The translations under genes and the position numbers were made by a program. This document shows positions 56,606 to 64,000 of a stretch of DNA of 64,000 bases, one piece after another (the first letter of the stretch is position 1; each line of letters opens with the position of its first letter). Origin of the DNA: an uncultured Acidimicrobiia bacterium (GTDB lineage Bacteria; Acidobacteriota; Terriglobia; Versatilivoradales; Versatilivoraceae). The notes below the pieces were generated by a model that searched no databases, was not told the origin of the DNA, and was given only the letters and a program-made list of their open reading frames with translations. The stretch lies in contig CAWBAT010000005.1 of assembly GCA_963786955.1 (NCBI GenBank), positions 96,001 through 160,000 of the forward strand. The letters are read 5' to 3'.

Positions 56606-56856
56606 AATCTCTTTACATCTTCAGGGCGTTGCGAGGGAGGTTGCCAACAAGTGTCTCATAAGGGTCATCAATTATAACGACTCCTGCAGGAGATTTTGCC
56701 ACCTCCGTTCGAAACCGTTTCAGGTTGTACCATGAAGTTTGGCTGGTCACAAGGCTTTCGCGGTTGTTTGCCATTCAGGGTAAGCCGTGGTATATTCCCC
56801 ACGTTCGTTGGGACGTCTGCAGGTCATCTTCTTTTGCATTCATAAGGCTTTGGTTC

Positions 56857-57315
56857 ATGCTTTCACAAGGATATTTCACCTCGAAGCTCGAGAAAGCCAT
56901 CGGATGGGCTCGGAAATACTCTTTGTTCCAGTACCCGTTTGTCACGGCATGCTGTGGCATGGAGTACATGGCAACAGCGGCTTCGCACTACGATCTGGAT
57001 CGGTTCGGAGCAGGGTTCCCCCGATTTTCCCCTCGCCAGGCCGATGTGCTTTTCGTCGTAGGAACGATCAACCATAAGATGGCCCCAGTCTTGAAAACTA
57101 TCTACGATCAGATGTGTGAACCGAAGTGGGTGATTGCCTTTGGGGTGTGTACCTGTACAGGTGGCTTTTATGACAACTATGCTACGGTTCAGGGAATTGA
57201 CACGATCATCCCTGTCGATATCTATATTCCCGGCTGCCCGCCGCGCCCTGAGACGGTTCTGGACGGCTTAATGAAGTTGCAGGAGAAGATCCAACATTCC
57301 CGTCAAGAGTTCTAA
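56857..57315 (+). CDS. nuoB: NADH-quinone oxidoreductase subunit B
   Basis: [44 protein letters not shown]; ATG at 56857. Confidence 0.93.
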   Translation: MLSQGYFTSKLEKAIGWARKYSLFQYPFVTACCGMEYMATAASHYDLDRFGAGFPRFSPRQADVLFVVGTINHKMAPVLKTIYDQMCEPKWVIAFGVCTCTGGFYDNYATVQGIDTIIPVDIYIPGCPPRPETVLDGLMKLQEKIQHSRQEF

Positions 57316-57318
57316 ATC

Positions 57319-57822
57319 ATGCCGGAAGAAAGTCTCACGCTGACTAAGCTTCATGAAAAATTTGCCGACAGTCTCCTTGAGAGTCATTCCTTTCGTGGAG
57401 ATGACACGGCATTAATTCAGCCGGATGCTCTTGTACCGATCGCAACCTTCCTTAAAACAGATCCCGAACTCGACTATGATTACTTGATGGATCTAAGCGC
57501 CGTCGATTGCCTGCAACTGGACAAACCGCACCGTTTTGAAGTGGTCTACCACCTTTTTTCCCTCAGCAAGAAACACCGCGTTCGAATCAAGGTTCCCGCC
57601 CCCTCGAGAAATCCGGAAGTGGACTCGCTTGTATCCATATGGCCGGTTGCGAATTGGTTTGAGCGCGAAGTGTGGGATATGTTCGGGGTGAAGTTTCGCG
57701 GGCACCCGAACTTAAAACGCATTCTCTTGTATGAAGAGTTTGAAGGACATCCGCTCCGTAGAGATTACCCTATCCAAAAACGACAGCCGCTCGTCGGTCC
57801 AGGGGCAAAAACCCAATCCTAG
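57319..57822 (+). CDS. nuoC: NADH-quinone oxidoreductase subunit C
   Basis: DLSAVD, RFEVVYHLFS, ANWFEREVWDMFG..F.GHPNLKRIL, GHPLRRDYP. Confidence 0.93.
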   Translation: MPEESLTLTKLHEKFADSLLESHSFRGDDTALIQPDALVPIATFLKTDPELDYDYLMDLSAVDCLQLDKPHRFEVVYHLFSLSKKHRVRIKVPAPSRNPEVDSLVSIWPVANWFEREVWDMFGVKFRGHPNLKRILLYEEFEGHPLRRDYPIQKRQPLVGPGAKTQS

Positions 57823-57911
57823 ATATTAAGTTTCCTGGAACGCTGGCCCCCATAAGGCTGTGTGGATATTCCGCACGAGGGAGCGGAGAACTAAACTCGC
57901 TTGCCGACGCG

Positions 57912-58003
57912 GTAGGGACAGGCATCCTCGCCTGTCGATTGGCTAAGAGCCAACATTTGCTTGGCAATTGCGTGGCTCGACAGGCCGGGAGGCCTGTCGC
58001 TAC
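57912..58003. repeat. GTAG-type REP doublet, third subfamily
   Basis: GTAGG-GACAGGC-atcctc-GCCTGTC ... GACAGGCC-ggga-GGCCTGTC-GCTAC. Confidence 0.75.
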
Positions 58004-58082
58004 CAAACGGCGTCGCAGAGCTACACCCTCCAATAGCAAACCAATTGACTTCGAGGCGAGGGTTTTCTATCGTGGAACTATT

Positions 58083-58463
58083 ATGGATAAGATTCTTTTC
58101 GAGGATATCCGCCTCGAGATTCACGTAGGAGTGACCGACGAAGAGCGCTCCGTTGCCCAGCCCTGTGGTCTAGACTTCAATCTCTACGTGAAGTTGAGAC
58201 CAGCCGGAAAGTCAGGCGATCTCCAAAAATCCGTGGATTACACGGCAATGTTTCGATGCATTGAAGAAGTATGCACACGTAGACCCTATACGCTCTTGGA
58301 AGAAGTCGCCGAACAGCTCTGCAGTGAAATTCTCAACCACTTTCCTGTCAAGAAAGTGCTGGTCAAAGTCCGCAAACTTCAACCCTTCAGCCCAAAACTG
58401 AACGCCGTTGGAGTAGAGATCCAGCGGTCGCAGAAAAAGGCCAAGAAGAACCGCCGCAAGTAA
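58083..58463 (+). CDS. folB: Dihydroneopterin aldolase
   Basis: MDKI, HVGV..EER...Q, DL..SVDY, LLE.VAE, V.VRK; ATG at 58083. Confidence 0.9.
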   Translation: MDKILFEDIRLEIHVGVTDEERSVAQPCGLDFNLYVKLRPAGKSGDLQKSVDYTAMFRCIEEVCTRRPYTLLEEVAEQLCSEILNHFPVKKVLVKVRKLQPFSPKLNAVGVEIQRSQKKAKKNRRK

Positions 58464-58470
58464 ATACCAT

Positions 58471-60726
58471 TTACATCTCCAATTCCTTTTGGCCCGGTAA
58501 TTCGCAGGCCGGAATGAAGGGCCGGAATTTTTCGAAAAGCTCTTCCAGCTTATCCTTGTAATAAGCGACGTTTTCGTCGGGGTGAGCGGGATCCCATTGG
58601 CTCGAGAGCTTGCTGTTATCGTAGGCTCGGATATTCTTCTTTGTGCCCGTCACATAATAGGAGAGCTGATCGCCCGGCTGGTAGTCTCTTTCAGACTTCA
58701 ACGCAAGTTCATAGAGCGCTGTGGGATTTCGCTTCTTTTCCCTAATTTTTTGTTGGTAACTGGTGAGAGTCTCTGAAAGCGTTTCAGTTTTACAGAACTC
58801 GGAAACGTCCATTTGATGGTTTTCGATTTTGAAAAGTAGCGATTCATATAACGGGACTATTTTTTCGTGCTCACCTTGCAGCAAGAACCTAATTAGATCC
58901 CTCAGGAACTGGCGCTGAAACCGCTCCAAGCCGCGTGATCGTAGTCCAGATCCCTTGAGCGTCAGTTTCCCGTCGTGACCTAACAGGGCATAGTTTTTCA
59001 TCTTATAGCTAAACATCGCTTGGTAATGACCATCCAATTCCACCTCGATCCCTTCCGGCAGAATCGCGGCCATCGATTGAATCAGGCGTTCCGACTCCTC
59101 CAGGCTTTCTGAACCGGCCGGCGGAACAAAATAAATCCCATCCGTATCGAGTTCGACAATCTGGCAACCTCGCTCTTGTAGCCAGACAATCATTTGTCTC
59201 AGAATGCTCTGTCCGGACTCGGTCACCTCTCCGGCTGCCTGATAATCTGAAAAATTCGAGAAGGATGTTCCCAGATAGCCATAAAAAGAGTTGATCAATA
59301 TCTTGAAGGCTGACTGGAGAGCCTGGTAATGAATCTTCTCTTCGCTCGTACTCGCCCGCTGGGAGAGCCTTTTTGCTTCGACGCGGAAATTTCTCAAGTC
59401 TGAGAGGAGTGGTAAGAAAACATCGAGCTCGTCTTGGGCCGGCTTGATCTCGTTCGAAAGCATGATCGAGGGATACAGAGAGGTGACATCACAATGAATG
59501 ACATTTTTGACGACCCCCGTGTAAAAAATATCCGTGTAACCTCCTACAAAGTCCTGGCTCTCGGTGGGCGGAGACGGAATAGAATGGCGACAGCGCAGGT
59601 ATTCTCTCAGAAACAACGCATTAATCTTGGTCGCGTTTCCGCGAACGACGACATCCTGAAAATTATAAGGAAAGATTTGGGCTTCGATGAAGTAACTTGG
59701 AAGCAAGAGTTCTGAGATCCCCCGAGTCTCTCGAACATCGTCCAGAGCATAACGATACAGCCGTTCCGGGTCTTCGTCGTAAGTTCGGCTGATCTGATTC
59801 CCTTCCACATACGATCGATCTTCGCTGACAAGGCCAAAGTGTTTTGCCATCTCTTTCAGGCTAAGGCTCTCCAACTCCCGAACATTCACGTCATAGAATT
59901 GAGAGAGGATCCAGGTATCCACGATGTGCCGGCCATGGATTTGCCATTTGGGGTAATCGATCGTGCGCTCCGCAATCAGGAGGCGGGAATCATAAGCGGT
60001 CGCTTCACTTCCGTCTCGTCCCCAAGGCAAGGTCAGTCCATGGCGTCTAGCCCTTTCCTGGATATAGCTTAGGTCAAACTTGAAGATGTTATGGCCTTCA
60101 ATGATATCGGGGTCGCGTTCTTGAATCAGAAGATTCAGGCGATGGAGCATCTCTGCTTCGGGCAGTTCCTTCCCCCACAGGACGGTCTCCCAGCCGCTCG
60201 TGTCACTCAAGGCGATGGCAATAATCCGATCCTCCTCTCGCTGGGCAGAACAGAATTCAAAACCGGAAGCACAATATGTTTCGATATCCAACTGCATTCG
60301 GTTCAAATCCGAAAGTTTCATTCCTTTAAAGCAGGTTCGTCCGCTTAAGAGGAGGTACTGATGAACGGGATCACTTAAGAAGAAGTAAGGCGACAAACGA
60401 TCGGATCGAGCAAAACCCGTGACCTTGTTGAGGAATTTTCTGGCGGCATTGACTTCATTCCAGGAGTTGAAGGTGGCTAATGTTTGATAACGAAGACTCC
60501 CGCTTAACGGAGCGAGCTGGAATTTTCCTTTGAAATCCTGCAGCAAATCTGGATTTTCAAGCCATAAGAATGGGCGAAATTCTTGCAGTTCAGACTCCAG
60601 CTTGCCGCTTCGCCTTCGGTAAACGCGAATCGCTTCATCTCCTTCTAACTCCAGAGCAACAATTCCTTCCTCTTCTCCCCAACCAAAAAGAGTCTGATTC
60701 TGAGAGAAGCCCGGCGATGGTGTCAT
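58471..60726 (-). CDS. polB: Family B DNA polymerase with 3'-5' exonuclease (Pol II-like)
   Basis: ExoI LDIET, ExoII GHN..KFDL.Y, ExoIII YALDD, polymerase motifs DVTSLYPS, KILINSFYGY, DTDG, KNYA. Confidence 0.9.
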   Translation of the reverse strand: MTPSPGFSQNQTLFGWGEEEGIVALELEGDEAIRVYRRRSGKLESELQEFRPFLWLENPDLLQDFKGKFQLAPLSGSLRYQTLATFNSWNEVNAARKFLNKVTGFARSDRLSPYFFLSDPVHQYLLLSGRTCFKGMKLSDLNRMQLDIETYCASGFEFCSAQREEDRIIAIALSDTSGWETVLWGKELPEAEMLHRLNLLIQERDPDIIEGHNIFKFDLSYIQERARRHGLTLPWGRDGSEATAYDSRLLIAERTIDYPKWQIHGRHIVDTWILSQFYDVNVRELESLSLKEMAKHFGLVSEDRSYVEGNQISRTYDEDPERLYRYALDDVRETRGISELLLPSYFIEAQIFPYNFQDVVVRGNATKINALFLREYLRCRHSIPSPPTESQDFVGGYTDIFYTGVVKNVIHCDVTSLYPSIMLSNEIKPAQDELDVFLPLLSDLRNFRVEAKRLSQRASTSEEKIHYQALQSAFKILINSFYGYLGTSFSNFSDYQAAGEVTESGQSILRQMIVWLQERGCQIVELDTDGIYFVPPAGSESLEESERLIQSMAAILPEGIEVELDGHYQAMFSYKMKNYALLGHDGKLTLKGSGLRSRGLERFQRQFLRDLIRFLLQGEHEKIVPLYESLLFKIENHQMDVSEFCKTETLSETLTSYQQKIREKKRNPTALYELALKSERDYQPGDQLSYYVTGTKKNIRAYDNSKLSSQWDPAHPDENVAYYKDKLEELFEKFRPFIPACELPGQKELEM

Positions 60727-60969
60727 GTGCTACTCCTTGGGGATGATGGGGTGTAAATCACAACTCCCGACAACTCCGGCCAGATTGATTATGCCACGTC
60801 CGTTCTCTTTCGCTAACGACACAATTAATTCATTTGGGTGTCAGCAACGTAATCGGTAAAATGCACGCGCTGCGGCTCTATGTCGCAATCAAGTCTTACA
60901 GTTTCCCTCTCAACTGAGAAGGTTCGATCCAGAATCATGCTAACATGAGTTCATGCTGCGCTCAGTCGA

Positions 60970-63399
60970 GTGGCAAACGGGCAACATCGTGTAACGAGGT
61001 CAATTTCATTGAACCGAATCATTCTCCTTAAGAAATCCTGCATTTTCGTGCTGGTCCTCTCGCTATTTTGGGTTCCGATGGTGTTTTCGTCTGAGGTCAA
61101 ACAGGCCAATGACAATACAACTCCCGATTATGCACGTGACATTCAGCCTCTCTTGCATGGCAAGTGCGGGGGTTGTCACGGTAAGAACTCGCCGCAGGCC
61201 GGCCTATCTGTTATGACGCGCGCTGATTTATTGAAAGGCGGGCAGAATGGCCCGTCCATTGTTCCAGGTTCAAGCGCCTCGAGTCTGTTGTTTTTGCATG
61301 TGACGGGAGAGAAACAACCACAAATGCCTCTAGGTGGCAAGCCTCTCAGTTCCGGTGAAATCGCGCTCTTAAGGTCCTGGATTGACGGCGGAGCCGCCTG
61401 GACTGAGCTGGCCAACTCGAAGTGGGTACCAACCCTTGGACCTCGCCGGCCGGCAATTCCCGAGACAGGAGCTCCCGAACTGCAGCATCCTGTCGATCGA
61501 TTCATTGCTGAATATTTTAAGCAACACCAACTTTCTTTTCCCGCGCCCGTTCCTGACGCGGTGTTCGCGCGACGAGTCTATCTGGACATTTGGGGTCTGT
61601 TGCCCACTCCTGGGCAACTGCAGGAGTTCCTACGAGATCCCTCCGCAAATAAACGCGAACACCTCATCGACCAGCTTCTGGCTCATTCGAAAAACTATAG
61701 CGAGCAATGGATCAGTCTGTGGAACGACTTTTTGCGCAACGACGAGGGAGTCGTCTATCACGGAGTCCGAAAATCCATCAGCCCCTGGTTACTCAAAGCG
61801 CTTGAAGATAATCTGCCCTATGATCGTTTCGTATCCGCTTTACTCAATCCCGCTCAGCCGGACGGTCCCGAGGGATACCTAATTGGTGTGAACTGGCGGG
61901 GGGAAGTCAGTGCCAGCCAGACCCCTCCGATGCAGGCAGCCCAGAACAGTGCTCAAGTTTTCTTGGGAATCAACCTCAAATGCGCTTCCTGTCATGACAG
62001 TTTTATCAATCAATGGAAGCTTCGCGACAGCTACGGTCTGGCTGGGTTTTTTTCCGAAAAACCTCTTGAACTGGTCAGGTGCGATATCAAGCTCGGGGAG
62101 ATGTCCAAAACTAAGTTTGTCTACCCTGAGTTGGGTTCGGTGGAAACAGATGCTCCCTTGGCGGCGCGGCGGGCGGCGGCGGCTCAGTTGATGACGAAAC
62201 CCGAAAACGGCCGGTTCGCACGGACCCTGGTCAACCGTTATTGGAAAAGGCTGTTTGGAAGGGGATTGGTTGAACCGGTAGATGATATGGACGTTCAGCC
62301 ATGGAACGCTGATTTGCTGGACTGGCTCGCATGCGATTTTGTAGAGCATCGGTACGACCTGAAGGTTCTGCTTCGTCGGATCATGACGTCTCAAACGTAT
62401 CAACTGCCAGCGGTCCGGGTTGAGGTACGCGGCGAAAAACAATACGTTTTCAAAGGACCTCAATTGCGACGGCTGACCGCAGAAGAGTTTGTGGATGCCG
62501 CATCTTCCATCACCGGCGAATGGCGAGTCGTCATCCCTCAAGAGGGAGGTGCCGGAATTTTTGCCCGTGACTGGAGGCTGAAGTCGAGCCCCTTGACACG
62601 GGCTTTAGGGAGGCCGATTCGCGACCAGGTATTTACGACCCGGAGCGAAGAAGCCACTACCCTTCAGTCTTTGGAGCTGGTCAATGGAGAAGATTTTTCT
62701 CGCATCCTGCGGCGCGGGGCACAGAACCTGGTAAACCAAAGGATGGTCCCGCCTCTGAACCTCTTTGATAGCGGCATCCTCACGAAAAAGAGCGGGATCG
62801 TGGATATTGACATTACGGGAGCCTCGCAATTGTGGCTGCTCTCCGTCGAGTCGGGCTCCTACAACCCGAGTCTGGTGACTACGGGATGGGCCAATGCGAT
62901 TTTGACAGGACCAGGTGGTGAGAAACGTCTGCAGGACTTGAGAAGTGAACTCCCATTCAAACAAGGGGTGCTCCATCTGGAAGGTAAGGAATATTCGGAT
63001 GCATTCGTTGGGCCTTCTTCCTCGGAACTGGTCTTTGATCTTGGCCAAGGGCATTTTACACATTTGCGAGCAATCATCGGAGTGGATGACAATAGCCAGC
63101 GGGATGATGTGAGTCCTCGAACCCGATTCTTTGTCTTTAGCCAAAAGCCAGATCCGGACAGGCTCGTCAAAGTCAGCGGTGACACTCCTGTCCCATATAA
63201 GTCGGGAAAATATACGGCTGACAGTTTGACCCAGTATCTGTACTTGTATGCGCTCAGTCGAGGACCCAACGATCAGGAGAAACTGTTAGCGCGCGAATTC
63301 CTTTTAACCCCTCCCGGCACTAAGAAAATATCGCTGGACGGATTGGAAGATCTTCTCTGGGCTATTCTGTTGACACCTGAGTTTCAGTTCATCCAGTGA
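60970..63399 (+). CDS. Planctomycete-type cytochrome c / DUF1549 / DUF1553 protein with an NPCBM-like insert
   Basis: Y.RDIQP....CGGCH, MP..G..L...EI...R.WID.GA, HPVDRFI, RRVYLD..GL.PT, N.PYD.F, CASCHD, VNR.W..LFGRG.V.PVDD; start uncertain. Confidence 0.85.
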   Translation: MANGQHRVTRSISLNRIILLKKSCIFVLVLSLFWVPMVFSSEVKQANDNTTPDYARDIQPLLHGKCGGCHGKNSPQAGLSVMTRADLLKGGQNGPSIVPGSSASSLLFLHVTGEKQPQMPLGGKPLSSGEIALLRSWIDGGAAWTELANSKWVPTLGPRRPAIPETGAPELQHPVDRFIAEYFKQHQLSFPAPVPDAVFARRVYLDIWGLLPTPGQLQEFLRDPSANKREHLIDQLLAHSKNYSEQWISLWNDFLRNDEGVVYHGVRKSISPWLLKALEDNLPYDRFVSALLNPAQPDGPEGYLIGVNWRGEVSASQTPPMQAAQNSAQVFLGINLKCASCHDSFINQWKLRDSYGLAGFFSEKPLELVRCDIKLGEMSKTKFVYPELGSVETDAPLAARRAAAAQLMTKPENGRFARTLVNRYWKRLFGRGLVEPVDDMDVQPWNADLLDWLACDFVEHRYDLKVLLRRIMTSQTYQLPAVRVEVRGEKQYVFKGPQLRRLTAEEFVDAASSITGEWRVVIPQEGGAGIFARDWRLKSSPLTRALGRPIRDQVFTTRSEEATTLQSLELVNGEDFSRILRRGAQNLVNQRMVPPLNLFDSGILTKKSGIVDIDITGASQLWLLSVESGSYNPSLVTTGWANAILTGPGGEKRLQDLRSELPFKQGVLHLEGKEYSDAFVGPSSSELVFDLGQGHFTHLRAIIGVDDNSQRDDVSPRTRFFVFSQKPDPDRLVKVSGDTPVPYKSGKYTADSLTQYLYLYALSRGPNDQEKLLAREFLLTPPGTKKISLDGLEDLLWAILLTPEFQFIQ

Positions 63400-63449
63400 C
63401 TTTTTCCAAGTTTGGCCCTAAGATAAAAAGCGATTGTTGGAGGTAAGCA

Positions 63450-64000
63450 ATGAAAGACGTCGCGAAGGAAATGGTTCAGGGGGTGAACCGGCGTCACTTT
63501 CTCCGTTCTTCGGCAGCGGCCACAATGGCGGCATTGGCGGGAGGCTTCCCGAAAACGCTTTGGCCAGCGGAGAAAACGAAAATCCAGCCGAAGGCGGATA
63601 CTCTCATCCTGCTTTGGATGGGGGGCGGCATGGCACAGACGGAGACCTTCGATCCGAAACGCTATACGCCGTATGAATCCGGGCTCGCTTCTAACCTCGT
63701 CCTGAGTACATTTCCAAGCATTGATACCGTTGTCGATACCATCAAGCTTTCTCAAGGTCTGGAACGGATAAGCAAGATTATGGACCGCGGCACACTCATC
63801 CGCAGCCATCGTGTCGGCGATCTCGGATTTATCCTCCATTCGCGTCATCAATTTCATTGGCACACCGGATATGAACCCCCTCAATCTGTGGCCGTGCCTC
63901 ATTTAGGGGCGATGATTTCACGAACGCTTGGGGCGAAAAACCCCGATGTCCCTGCTTTCATTGATGTTGGACAAAACTTGGAAATTGGCGCAGAAAGCGA
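63450..64000 (+). CDS. DUF1501 family Tat-exported protein; runs off the window
   Basis: Not in the ORF track. Manual translation MKDVAKEMVQGVNRRHFLRS...ILLWMGGGMAQTETFDPK...IRSH...HSRHQFHWHTGY...PHLGA; GGAGG RBS. Confidence 0.88.
   Translation, partial: MKDVAKEMVQGVNRRHFLRSSAAATMAALAGGFPKTLWPAEKTKIQPKADTLILLWMGGGMAQTETFDPKRYTPYESGLASNLVLSTFPSIDTVVDTIKLSQGLERISKIMDRGTLIRSHRVGDLGFILHSRHQFHWHTGYEPPQSVAVPHLGAMISRTLGAKNPDVPAFIDVGQNLEIGAES

Overview
A gene-dense bacterial chromosomal window of roughly 50-55% GC by eye. The gene families (Oar-type outer-membrane barrel, VWA protein, DUF1549/DUF1553 plus DUF1501, split cytochrome oxidase subunit III) suggest Acidobacteriota; this is inference. In order: (1) a Tat-exported gluconate-2-dehydrogenase subunit-3 family gene running off the left edge; (2) a plug-less TonB-receptor-like barrel plus a VWA protein; (3) a DUF559 endonuclease bracketed by a family of C/G-run palindromic repeats; (4) an about 18 kb minus-strand respiratory cluster with Rieske protein, split cytochrome b, an octaheme cytochrome c, a cupredoxin-like lipoprotein, ctaA/ctaB, an A1-type cytochrome c oxidase, an ABC exporter, SCO, DUF420 and a HEAT/lipoyl-like protein; (5) PhoB/PhoR-like two-component genes plus sixA; (6) a frameshifted IS630 element and a patatin; (7) an ArsR (Rv0081-like)-headed operon with an ACT-domain malic enzyme and an energy-converting hydrogenase-related (Ehr) complex that lacks NiFe ligands, has a duplicated HyfB subunit, an embedded SAM methyltransferase and a trailing C4 zinc ribbon; (8) housekeeping genes: YtxH pair, uvrC, a POTRA-only protein, MdlA/MdlB-like ABC pair, M16 peptidase pair, stand-alone nuoBC, folB, a family B DNA polymerase, and a DUF1549/1553 cytochrome plus DUF1501 running off the right edge. 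Intergenic DNA holds at least three families of small palindromic repeats. I saw no rRNA, tRNA or CRISPR array. The best candidates for undescribed systems are the malic enzyme/Ehr/methyltransferase operon, the Rieske/cytb-octaheme-cupredoxin-oxidase wire, and the DUF559 plus repeat module. All family assignments come from motif recognition by eye, not database searches.
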